Shown here piece by piece: positions 1-12,000 of a DNA stretch of 64,000 bases. The notes beneath the pieces are model-generated. The model made no database searches, was not told the origin of the DNA, and saw only the letters and a list, made by a program, of their open reading frames with translations. Position numbers and translations under genes: made by a program. Numbering within the stretch: position 1 is the first letter of the stretch; the number at the start of each line of letters is the position of its first letter. The DNA comes from Naegleria gruberi (lineage: Eukaryota). The stretch lies in the NCBI GenBank assembly GCA_000004985.1, contig GG738894.1; one strand, written 5' to 3'.

Positions 1-3000
1 NNNNNNNNNNNNNNNNNNNNNNNNNNNNNNNNNNNNNNNNNNNNNNNNNNNNNNNNNNNNNNNNNNNNNNNNNNNNNNNNNNNNNNNNNNNNNNNNNNNN
101 NNNNNNNNNNNNNNNNNNNNNNNNNNNNNNNNNNNNNNNNNNNNNNNNNNNNNNNNNNNNNNNNNNNNNNNNNNNNNNNNNNNNNNNNNNNNNNNNNNNN
201 NNNNNNNNNNNNNNNNNNNNNNNNNNNNNNNNNNNNNNNNNNNNNNNNNNNNNNNNNNNNNNNNNNNNNNNNNNNNNNNNNNNNNNNNNNNNNNNNNNNN
301 NNNNNNNNNNNNNNNNNNNNNNNNNNNNNNNNNNNNNNNNNNNNNNNNNNNNNNNNNNNNNNNNNNNNNNNNNNNNNNNNNNNNNNNNNNNNNNNNNNNN
401 NNNNNNNNNNNNNNNNNNNNNNNNNNNNNNNNNNNNNNNNNNNNNNNNNNNNNNNNNNNNNNNNNNNNNNNNNNNNNNNNNNNNNNNNNNNNNNNNNNNN
501 NNNNNNNNNNNNNNNNNNNNNNNNNNNNNNNNNNNNNNNNNNNNNNNNNNNNNNNNNNNNNNNNNNNNNNNNNNNNNNNNNNNNNNNNNNNNNNNNNNNN
601 NNNNNNNNNNNNNNNNNNNNNNNNNNNNNNNNNNNNNNNNNNNNNNNNNNNNNNNNNNNNNNNNNNNNNNNNNNNNNNNNNNNNNNNNNNNNNNNNNNNN
701 NNNNNNNNNNNNNNNNNNNNNNNNNNNNNNNNNNNNNNNNNNNNNNNNNNNNNNNNNNNNNNNNNNNNNNNNNNNNNNNNNNNNNNNNNNNNNNNNNNNN
801 NNNNNNNNNNNNNNNNNNNNNNNNNNNNNNNNNNNNNNNNNNNNNNNNNNNNNNNNNNNNNNNNNNNNNNNNNNNNNNNNNNNNNNNNNNNNNNNNNNNN
901 NNNNNNNNNNNNNNNNNNNNNNNNNNNNNNNNNNNNNNNNNNNNNNNNNNNNNNNNNNNNNNNNNNNNNNNNNNNNNNNNNNNNNNNNNNNNNNNNNNNN
1001 NNNNNNNNNNNNNNNNNNNNNNNNNNNNNNNNNNNNNNNNNNNNNNNNNNNNNNNNNNNNNNNNNNNNNNNNNNNNNNNNNNNNNNNNNNNNNNNNNNNN
1101 NNNNNNNNNNNNNNNNNNNNNNNNNNNNNNNNNNNNNNNNNNNNNNNNNNNNNNNNNNNNNNNNNNNNNNNNNNNNNNNNNNNNNNNNNNNNNNNNNNNN
1201 NNNNNNNNNNNNNNNNNNNNNNNNNNNNNNNNNNNNNNNNNNNNNNNNNNNNNNNNNNNNNNNNNNNNNNNNNNNNNNNNNNNNNNNNNNNNNNNNNNNN
1301 NNNNNNNNNNNNNNNNNNNNNNNNNNNNNNNNNNNNNNNNNNNNNNNNNNNNNNNNNNNNNNNNNNNNNNNNNNNNNNNNNNNNNNNNNNNNNNNNNNNN
1401 NNNNNNNNNNNNNNNNNNNNNNNNNNNNNNNNNNNNNNNNNNNNNNNNNNNNNNNNNNNNNNNNNNNNNNNNNNNNNNNNNNNNNNNNNNNNNNNNNNNN
1501 NNNNNNNNNNNNNNNNNNNNNNNNNNNNNNNNNNNNNNNNNNNNNNNNNNNNNNNNNNNNNNNNNNNNNNNNNNNNNNNNNNNNNNNNNNNNNNNNNNNN
1601 NNNNNNNNNNNNNNNNNNNNNNNNNNNNNNNNNNNNNNNNNNNNNNNNNNNNNNNNNNNNNNNNNNNNNNNNNNNNNNNNNNNNNNNNNNNNNNNNNNNN
1701 NNNNNNNNNNNNNNNNNNNNNNNNNNNNNNNNNNNNNNNNNNNNNNNNNNNNNNNNNNNNNNNNNNNNNNNNNNNNNNNNNNNNNNNNNNNNNNNNNNNN
1801 NNNNNNNNNNNNNNNNNNNNNNNNNNNNNNNNNNNNNNNNNNNNNNNNNNNNNNNNNNNNNNNNNNNNNNNNNNNNNNNNNNNNNNNNNNNNNNNNNNNN
1901 NNNNNNNNNNNNNNNNNNNNNNNNNNNNNNNNNNNNNNNNNNNNNNNNNNNNNNNNNNNNNNNNNNNNNNNNNNNNNNNNNNNNNNNNNNNNNNNNNNNN
2001 NNNNNNNNNNNNNNNNNNNNNNNNNNNNNNNNNNNNNNNNNNNNNNNNNNNNNNNNNNNNNNNNNNNNNNNNNNNNNNNNNNNNNNNNNNNNNNNNNNNN
2101 NNNNNNNNNNNNNNNNNNNNNNNNNNNNNNNNNNNNNNNNNNNNNNNNNNNNNNNNNNNNNNNNNNNNNNNNNNNNNNNNNNNNNNNNNNNNNNNNNNNN
2201 NNNNNNNNNNNNNNNNNNNNNNNNNNNNNNNNNNNNNNNNNNNNNNNNNNNNNNNNNNNNNNNNNNNNNNNNNNNNNNNNNNNNNNNNNNNNNNNNNNNN
2301 NNNNNNNNNNNNNNNNNNNNNNNNNNNNNNNNNNNNNNNNNNNNNNNNNNNNNNNNNNNNNNNNNNNNNNNNNNNNNNNNNNNNNNNNNNNNNNNNNNNN
2401 NNNNNNNNNNNNNNNNNNNNNNNNNNNNNNNNNNNNNNNNNNNNNNNNNNNNNNNNNNNNNNNNNNNNNNNNNNNNNNNNNNNNNNNNNNNNNNNNNNNN
2501 NNNNNNNNNNNNNNNNNNNNNNNNNNNNNNNNNNNNNNNNNNNNNNNNNNNNNNNNNNNNNNNNNNNNNNNNNNNNNNNNNNNNNNNNNNNNNNNNNNNN
2601 NNNNNNNNNNNNNNNNNNNNNNNNNNNNNNNNNNNNNNNNNNNNNNNNNNNNNNNNNNNNNNNNNNNNNNNNNNNNNNNNNNNNNNNNNNNNNNNNNNNN
2701 NNNNNNNNNNNNNNNNNNNNNNNNNNNNNNNNNNNNNNNNNNNNNNNNNNNNNNNNNNNNNNNNNNNNNNNNNNNNNNNNNNNNNNNNNNNNNNNNNNNN
2801 NNNNNNNNNNNNNNNNNNNNNNNNNNNNNNNNNNNNNNNNNNNNNNNNNNNNNNNNNNNNNNNNNNNNNNNNNNNNNNNNNNNNNNNNNNNNNNNNNNNN
2901 NNNNNNNNNNNNNNNNNNNNNNNNNNNNNNNNNNNNNNNNNNNNNNNNNNNNNNNNNNNNNNNNNNNNNNNNNNNNNNNNNNNNNNNNNNNNNNNNNNNN

Positions 3001-6000
3001 NNNNNNNNNNNNNNNNNNNNNNNNNNNNNNNNNNNNNNNNNNNNNNNNNNNNNNNNNNNNNNNNNNNNNNNNNNNNNNNNNNNNNNNNNNNNNNNNNNNN
3101 NNNNNNNNNNNNNNNNNNNNNNNNNNNNNNNNNNNNNNNNNNNNNNNNNNNNNNNNNNNNNNNNNNNNNNNNNNNNNNNNNNNNNNNNNNNNNNNNNNNN
3201 NNNNNNNNNNNNNNNNNNNNNNNNNNNNNNNNNNNNNNNNNNNNNNNNNNNNNNNNNNNNNNNNNNNNNNNNNNNNNNNNNNNNNNNNNNNNNNNNNNNN
3301 NNNNNNNNNNNNNNNNNNNNNNNNNNNNNNNNNNNNNNNNNNNNNNNNNNNNNNNNNNNNNNNNNNNNNNNNNNNNNNNNNNNNNNNNNNNNNNNNNNNN
3401 NNNNNNNNNNNNNNNNNNNNNNNNNNNNNNNNNNNNNNNNNNNNNNNNNNNNNNNNNNNNNNNNNNNNNNNNNNNNNNNNNNNNNNNNNNNNNNNNNNNN
3501 NNNNNNNNNNNNNNNNNNNNNNNNNNNNNNNNNNNNNNNNNNNNNNNNNNNNNNNNNNNNNNNNNNNNNNNNNNNNNNNNNNNNNNNNNNNNNNNNNNNN
3601 NNNNNNNNNNNNNNNNNNNNNNNNNNNNNNNNNNNNNNNNNNNNNNNNNNNNNNNNNNNNNNNNNNNNNNNNNNNNNNNNNNNNNNNNNNNNNNNNNNNN
3701 NNNNNNNNNNNNNNNNNNNNNNNNNNNNNNNNNNNNNNNNNNNNNNNNNNNNNNNNNNNNNNNNNNNNNNNNNNNNNNNNNNNNNNNNNNNNNNNNNNNN
3801 NNNNNNNNNNNNNNNNNNNNNNNNNNNNNNNNNNNNNNNNNNNNNNNNNNNNNNNNNNNNNNNNNNNNNNNNNNNNNNNNNNNNNNNNNNNNNNNNNNNN
3901 NNNNNNNNNNNNNNNNNNNNNNNNNNNNNNNNNNNNNNNNNNNNNNNNNNNNNNNNNNNNNNNNNNNNNNNNNNNNNNNNNNNNNNNNNNNNNNNNNNNN
4001 NNNNNNNNNNNNNNNNNNNNNNNNNNNNNNNNNNNNNNNNNNNNNNNNNNNNNNNNNNNNNNNNNNNNNNNNNNNNNNNNNNNNNNNNNNNNNNNNNNNN
4101 NNNNNNNNNNNNNNNNNNNNNNNNNNNNNNNNNNNNNNNNNNNNNNNNNNNNNNNNNNNNNNNNNNNNNNNNNNNNNNNNNNNNNNNNNNNNNNNNNNNN
4201 NNNNNNNNNNNNNNNNNNNNNNNNNNNNNNNNNNNNNNNNNNNNNNNNNNNNNNNNNNNNNNNNNNNNNNNNNNNNNNNNNNNNNNNNNNNNNNNNNNNN
4301 NNNNNNNNNNNNNNNNNNNNNNNNNNNNNNNNNNNNNNNNNNNNNNNNNNNNNNNNNNNNNNNNNNNNNNNNNNNNNNNNNNNNNNNNNNNNNNNNNNNN
4401 NNNNNNNNNNNNNNNNNNNNNNNNNNNNNNNNNNNNNNNNNNNNNNNNNNNNNNNNNNNNNNNNNNNNNNNNNNNNNNNNNNNNNNNNNNNNNNNNNNNN
4501 NNNNNNNNNNNNNNNNNNNNNNNNNNNNNNNNNNNNNNNNNNNNNNNNNNNNNNNNNNNNNNNNNNNNNNNNNNNNNNNNNNNNNNNNNNNNNNNNNNNN
4601 NNNNNNNNNNNNNNNNNNNNNNNNNNNNNNNNNNNNNNNNNNNNNNNNNNNNNNNNNNNNNNNNNNNNNNNNNNNNNNNNNNNNNNNNNNNNNNNNNNNN
4701 NNNNNNNNNNNNNNNNNNNNNNNNNNNNNNNNNNNNNNNNNNNNNNNNNNNNNNNNNNNNNNNNNNNNNNNNNNNNNNNNNNNNNNNNNNNNNNNNNNNN
4801 NNNNNNNNNNNNNNNNNNNNNNNNNNNNNNNNNNNNNNNNNNNNNNNNNNNNNNNNNNNNNNNNNNNNNNNNNNNNNNNNNNNNNNNNNNNNNNNNNNNN
4901 NNNNNNNNNNNNNNNNNNNNNNNNNNNNNNNNNNNNNNNNNNNNNNNNNNNNNNNNNNNNNNNNNNNNNNNNNNNNNNNNNNNNNNNNNNNNNNNNNNNN
5001 NNNNNNNNNNNNNNNNNNNNNNNNNNNNNNNNNNNNNNNNNNNNNNNNNNNNNNNNNNNNNNNNNNNNNNNNNNNNNNNNNNNNNNNNNNNNNNNNNNNN
5101 NNNNNNNNNNNNNNNNNNNNNNNNNNNNNNNNNNNNNNNNNNNNNNNNNNNNNNNNNNNNNNNNNNNNNNNNNNNNNNNNNNNNNNNNNNNNNNNNNNNN
5201 NNNNNNNNNNNNNNNNNNNNNNNNNNNNNNNNNNNNNNNNNNNNNNNNNNNNNNNNNNNNNNNNNNNNNNNNNNNNNNNNNNNNNNNNNNNNNNNNNNNN
5301 NNNNNNNNNNNNNNNNNNNNNNNNNNNNNNNNNNNNNNNNNNNNNNNNNNNNNNNNNNNNNNNNNNNNNNNNNNNNNNNNNNNNNNNNNNNNNNNNNNNN
5401 NNNNNNNNNNNNNNNNNNNNNNNNNNNNNNNNNNNNNNNNNNNNNNNNNNNNNNNNNNNNNNNNNNNNNNNNNNNNNNNNNNNNNNNNNNNNNNNNNNNN
5501 NNNNNNNNNNNNNNNNNNNNNNNNNNNNNNNNNNNNNNNNNNNNNNNNNNNNNNNNNNNNNNNNNNNNNNNNNNNNNNNNNNNNNNNNNNNNNNNNNNNN
5601 NNNNNNNNNNNNNNNNNNNNNNNNNNNNNNNNNNNNNNNNNNNNNNNNNNNNNNNNNNNNNNNNNNNNNNNNNNNNNNNNNNNNNNNNNNNNNNNNNNNN
5701 NNNNNNNNNNNNNNNNNNNNNNNNNNNNNNNNNNNNNNNNNNNNNNNNNNNNNNNNNNNNNNNNNNNNNNNNNNNNNNNNNNNNNNNNNNNNNNNNNNNN
5801 NNNNNNNNNNNNNNNNNNNNNNNNNNNNNNNNNNNNNNNNNNNNNNNNNNNNNNNNNNNNNNNNNNNNNNNNNNNNNNNNNNNNNNNNNNNNNNNNNNNN
5901 NNNNNNNNNNNNNNNNNNNNNNNNNNNNNNNNNNNNNNNNNNNNNNNNNNNNNNNNNNNNNNNNNNNNNNNNNNNNNNNNNNNNNNNNNNNNNNNNNNNN

Positions 6001-9000
6001 NNNNNNNNNNNNNNNNNNNNNNNNNNNNNNNNNNNNNNNNNNNNNNNNNNNNNNNNNNNNNNNNNNNNNNNNNNNNNNNNNNNNNNNNNNNNNNNNNNNN
6101 NNNNNNNNNNNNNNNNNNNNNNNNNNNNNNNNNNNNNNNNNNNNNNNNNNNNNNNNNNNNNNNNNNNNNNNNNNNNNNNNNNNNNNNNNNNNNNNNNNNN
6201 NNNNNNNNNNNNNNNNNNNNNNNNNNNNNNNNNNNNNNNNNNNNNNNNNNNNNNNNNNNNNNNNNNNNNNNNNNNNNNNNNNNNNNNNNNNNNNNNNNNN
6301 NNNNNNNNNNNNNNNNNNNNNNNNNNNNNNNNNNNNNNNNNNNNNNNNNNNNNNNNNNNNNNNNNNNNNNNNNNNNNNNNNNNNNNNNNNNNNNNNNNNN
6401 NNNNNNNNNNNNNNNNNNNNNNNNNNNNNNNNNNNNNNNNNNNNNNNNNNNNNNNNNNNNNNNNNNNNNNNNNNNNNNNNNNNNNNNNNNNNNNNNNNNN
6501 NNNNNNNNNNNNNNNNNNNNNNNNNNNNNNNNNNNNNNNNNNNNNNNNNNNNNNNNNNNNNNNNNNNNNNNNNNNNNNNNNNNNNNNNNNNNNNNNNNNN
6601 NNNNNNNNNNNNNNNNNNNNNNNNNNNNNNNNNNNNNNNNNNNNNNNNNNNNNNNNNNNNNNNNNNNNNNNNNNNNNNNNNNNNNNNNNNNNNNNNNNNN
6701 NNNNNNNNNNNNNNNNNNNNNNNNNNNNNNNNNNNNNNNNNNNNNNNNNNNNNNNNNNNNNNNNNNNNNNNNNNNNNNNNNNNNNNNNNNNNNNNNNNNN
6801 NNNNNNNNNNNNNNNNNNNNNNNNNNNNNNNNNNNNNNNNNNNNNNNNNNNNNNNNNNNNNNNNNNNNNNNNNNNNNNNNNNNNNNNNNNNNNNNNNNNN
6901 NNNNNNNNNNNNNNNNNNNNNNNNNNNNNNNNNNNNNNNNNNNNNNNNNNNNNNNNNNNNNNNNNNNNNNNNNNNNNNNNNNNNNNNNNNNNNNNNNNNN
7001 NNNNNNNNNNNNNNNNNNNNNNNNNNNNNNNNNNNNNNNNNNNNNNNNNNNNNNNNNNNNNNNNNNNNNNNNNNNNNNNNNNNNNNNNNNNNNNNNNNNN
7101 NNNNNNNNNNNNNNNNNNNNNNNNNNNNNNNNNNNNNNNNNNNNNNNNNNNNNNNNNNNNNNNNNNNNNNNNNNNNNNNNNNNNNNNNNNNNNNNNNNNN
7201 NNNNNNNNNNNNNNNNNNNNNNNNNNNNNNNNNNNNNNNNNNNNNNNNNNNNNNNNNNNNNNNNNNNNNNNNNNNNNNNNNNNNNNNNNNNNNNNNNNNN
7301 NNNNNNNNNNNNNNNNNNNNNNNNNNNNNNNNNNNNNNNNNNNNNNNNNNNNNNNNNNNNNNNNNNNNNNNNNNNNNNNNNNNNNNNNNNNNNNNNNNNN
7401 NNNNNNNNNNNNNNNNNNNNNNNNNNNNNNNNNNNNNNNNNNNNNNNNNNNNNNNNNNNNNNNNNNNNNNNNNNNNNNNNNNNNNNNNNNNNNNNNNNNN
7501 NNNNNNNNNNNNNNNNNNNNNNNNNNNNNNNNNNNNNNNNNNNNNNNNNNNNNNNNNNNNNNNNNNNNNNNNNNNNNNNNNNNNNNNNNNNNNNNNNNNN
7601 NNNNNNNNNNNNNNNNNNNNNNNNNNNNNNNNNNNNNNNNNNNNNNNNNNNNNNNNNNNNNNNNNNNNNNNNNNNNNNNNNNNNNNNNNNNNNNNNNNNN
7701 NNNNNNNNNNNNNNNNNNNNNNNNNNNNNNNNNNNNNNNNNNNNNNNNNNNNNNNNNNNNNNNNNNNNNNNNNNNNNNNNNNNNNNNNNNNNNNNNNNNN
7801 NNNNNNNNNNNNNNNNNNNNNNNNNNNNNNNNNNNNNNNNNNNNNNNNNNNNNNNNNNNNNNNNNNNNNNNNNNNNNNNNNNNNNNNNNNNNNNNNNNNN
7901 NNNNNNNNNNNNNNNNNNNNNNNNNNNNNNNNNNNNNNNNNNNNNNNNNNNNNNNNNNNNNNNNNNNNNNNNNNNNNNNNNNNNNNNNNNNNNNNNNNNN
8001 NNNNNNNNNNNNNNNNNNNNNNNNNNNNNNNNNNNNNNNNNNNNNNNNNNNNNNNNNNNNNNNNNNNNNNNNNNNNNNNNNNNNNNNNNNNNNNNNNNNN
8101 NNNNNNNNNNNNNNNNNNNNNNNNNNNNNNNNNNNNNNNNNNNNNNNNNNNNNNNNNNNNNNNNNNNNNNNNNNNNNNNNNNNNNNNNNNNNNNNNNNNN
8201 NNNNNNNNNNNNNNNNNNNNNNNNNNNNNNNNNNNNNNNNNNNNNNNNNNNNNNNNNNNNNNNNNNNNNNNNNNNNNNNNNNNNNNNNNNNNNNNNNNNN
8301 NNNNNNNNNNNNNNNNNNNNNNNNNNNNNNNNNNNNNNNNNNNNNNNNNNNNNNNNNNNNNNNNNNNNNNNNNNNNNNNNNNNNNNNNNNNNNNNNNNNN
8401 NNNNNNNNNNNNNNNNNNNNNNNNNNNNNNNNNNNNNNNNNNNNNNNNNNNNNNNNNNNNNNNNNNNNNNNNNNNNNNNNNNNNNNNNNNNNNNNNNNNN
8501 NNNNNNNNNNNNNNNNNNNNNNNNNNNNNNNNNNNNNNNNNNNNNNNNNNNNNNNNNNNNNNNNNNNNNNNNNNNNNNNNNNNNNNNNNNNNNNNNNNNN
8601 NNNNNNNNNNNNNNNNNNNNNNNNNNNNNNNNNNNNNNNNNNNNNNNNNNNNNNNNNNNNNNNNNNNNNNNNNNNNNNNNNNNNNNNNNNNNNNNNNNNN
8701 NNNNNNNNNNNNNNNNNNNNNNNNNNNNNNNNNNNNNNNNNNNNNNNNNNNNNNNNNNNNNNNNNNNNNNNNNNNNNNNNNNNNNNNNNNNNNNNNNNNN
8801 NNNNNNNNNNNNNNNNNNNNNNNNNNNNNNNNNNNNNNNNNNNNNNNNNNNNNNNNNNNNNNNNNNNNNNNNNNNNNNNNNNNNNNNNNNNNNNNNNNNN
8901 NNNNNNNNNNNNNNNNNNNNNNNNNNNNNNNNNNNNNNNNNNNNNNNNNNNNNNNNNNNNNNNNNNNNNNNNNNNNNNNNNNNNNNNNNNNNNNNNNNNN

Positions 9001-12000
9001 NNNNNNNNNNNNNNNNNNNNNNNNNNNNNNNNNNNNNNNNNNNNNNNNNNNNNNNNNNNNNNNNNNNNNNNNNNNNNNNNNNNNNNNNNNNNNNNNNNNN
9101 NNNNNNNNNNNNNNNNNNNNNNNNNNNNNNNNNNNNNNNNNNNNNNNNNNNNNNNNNNNNNNNNNNNNNNNNNNNNNNNNNNNNNNNNNNNNNNNNNNNN
9201 NNNNNNNNNNNNNNNNNNNNNNNNNNNNNNNNNNNNNNNNNNNNNNNNNNNNNNNNNNNNNNNNNNNNNNNNNNNNNNNNNNNNNNNNNNNNNNNNNNNN
9301 NNNNNNNNNNNNNNNNNNNNNNNNNNNNNNNNNNNNNNNNNNNNNNNNNNNNNNNNNNNNNNNNNNNNNNNNNNNNNNNNNNNNNNNNNNNNNNNNNNNN
9401 NNNNNNNNNNNNNNNNNNNNNNNNNNNNNNNNNNNNNNNNNNNNNNNNNNNNNNNNNNNNNNNNNNNNNNNNNNNNNNNNNNNNNNNNNNNNNNNNNNNN
9501 NNNNNNNNNNNNNNNNNNNNNNNNNNNNNNNNNNNNNNNNNNNNNNNNNNNNNNNNNNNNNNNNNNNNNNNNNNNNNNNNNNNNNNNNNNNNNNNNNNNN
9601 NNNNNNNNNNNNNNNNNNNNNNNNNNNNNNNNNNNNNNNNNNNNNNNNNNNNNNNNNNNNNNNNNNNNNNNNNNNNNNNNNNNNNNNNNNNNNNNNNNNN
9701 NNNNNNNNNNNNNNNNNNNNNNNNNNNNNNNNNNNNNNNNNNNNNNNNNNNNNNNNNNNNNNNNNNNNNNNNNNNNNNNNNNNNNNNNNNNNNNNNNNNN
9801 NNNNNNNNNNNNNNNNNNNNNNNNNNNNNNNNNNNNNNNNNNNNNNNNNNNNNNNNNNNNNNNNNNNNNNNNNNNNNNNNNNNNNNNNNNNNNNNNNNNN
9901 NNNNNNNNNNNNNNNNNNNNNNNNNNNNNNNNNNNNNNNNNNNNNNNNNNNNNNNNNNNNNNNNNNNNNNNNNNNNNNNNNNNNNNNNNNNNNNNNNNNN
10001 NNNNNNNNNNNNNNNNNNNNNNNNNNNNNNNNNNNNNNNNNNNNNNNNNNNNNNNNNNNNNNNNNNNNNNNNNNNNNNNNNNNNNNNNNNNNNNNNNNNN
10101 NNNNNNNNNNNNNNNNNNNNNNNNNNNNNNNNNNNNNNNNNNNNNNNNNNNNNNNNNNNNNNNNNNNNNNNNNNNNNNNNNNNNNNNNNNNNNNNNNNNN
10201 NNNNNNNNNNNNNNNNNNNNNNNNNNNNNNNNNNNNNNNNNNNNNNNNNNNNNNNNNNNNNNNNNNNNNNNNNNNNNNNNNNNNNNNNNNNNNNNNNNNN
10301 NNNNNNNNNNNNNNNNNNNNNNNNNNNNNNNNNNNNNNNNNNNNNNNNNNNNNNNNNNNNNNNNNNNNNNNNNNNNNNNNNNNNNNNNNNNNNNNNNNNN
10401 NNNNNNNNNNNNNNNNNNNNNNNNNNNNNNNNNNNNNNNNNNNNNNNNNNNNNNNNNNNNNNNNNNNNNNNNNNNNNNNNNNNNNNNNNNNNNNNNNNNN
10501 NNNNNNNNNNNNNNNNNNNNNNNNNNNNNNNNNNNNNNNNNNNNNNNNNNNNNNNNNNNNNNNNNNNNNNNNNNNNNNNNNNNNNNNNNNNNNNNNNNNN
10601 NNNNNNNNNNNNNNNNNNNNNNNNNNNNNNNNNNNNNNNNNNNNNNNNNNNNNNNNNNNNNNNNNNNNNNNNNNNNNNNNNNNNNNNNNNNNNNNNNNNN
10701 NNNNNNNNNNNNNNNNNNNNNNNNNNNNNNNNNNNNNNNNNNNNNNNNNNNNNNNNNNNNNNNNNNNNNNNNNNNNNNNNNNNNNNNNNNNNNNNNNNNN
10801 NNNNNNNNNNNNNNNNNNNNNNNNNNNNNNNNNNNNNNNNNNNNNNNNNNNNNNNNNNNNNNNNNNNNNNNNNNNNNNNNNNNNNNNNNNNNNNNNNNNN
10901 NNNNNNNNNNNNNNNNNNNNNNNNNNNNNNNNNNNNNNNNNNNNNNNNNNNNNNNNNNNNNNNNNNNNNNNNNNNNNNNNNNNNNNNNNNNNNNNNNNNN
11001 NNNNNNNNNNNNNNNNNNNNNNNNNNNNNNNNNNNNNNNNNNNNNNNNNNNNNNNNNNNNNNNNNNNNNNNNNNNNNNNNNNNNNNNNNNNNNNNNNNNN
11101 NNNNNNNNNNNNNNNNNNNNNNNNNNNNNNNNNNNNNNNNNNNNNNNNNNNNNNNNNNNNNNNNNNNNNNNNNNNNNNNNNNNNNNNNNNNNNNNNNNNN
11201 NNNNNNNNNNNNNNNNNNNNNNNNNNNNNNNNNNNNNNNNNNNNNNNNNNNNNNNNNNNNNNNNNNNNNNNNNNNNNNNNNNNNNNNNNNNNNNNNNNNN
11301 NNNNNNNNNNNNNNNNNNNNNNNNNNNNNNNNNNNNNNNNNNNNNNNNNNNNNNNNNNNNNNNNNNNNNNNNNNNNNNNNNNNNNNNNNNNNNNNNNNNN
11401 NNNNNNNNNNNNNNNNNNNNNNNNNNNNNNNNNNNNNNNNNNNNNNNNNNNNNNNNNNNNNNNNNNNNNNNNNNNNNNNNNNNNNNNNNNNNNNNNNNNN
11501 NNNNNNNNNNNNNNNNNNNNNNNNNNNNNNNNNNNNNNNNNNNNNNNNNNNNNNNNNNNNNNNNNNNNNNNNNNNNNNNNNNNNNNNNNNNNNNNNNNNN
11601 NNNNNNNNNNNNNNNNNNNNNNNNNNNNNNNNNNNNNNNNNNNNNNNNNNNNNNNNNNNNNNNNNNNNNNNNNNNNNNNNNNNNNNNNNNNNNNNNNNNN
11701 NNNNNNNNNNNNNNNNNNNNNNNNNNNNNNNNNNNNNNNNNNNNNNNNNNNNNNNNNNNNNNNNNNNNNNNNNNNNNNNNNNNNNNNNNNNNNNNNNNNN
11801 NNNNNNNNNNNNNNNNNNNNNNNNNNNNNNNNNNNNNNNNNNNNNNNNNNNNNNNNNNNNNNNNNNNNNNNNNNNNNNNNNNNNNNNNNNNNNNNNNNNN
11901 NNNNNNNNNNNNNNNNNNNNNNNNNNNNNNNNNNNNNNNNNNNNNNNNNNNNNNNNNNNNNNNNNNNNNNNNNNNNNNNNNNNNNNNNNNNNNNNNNNNN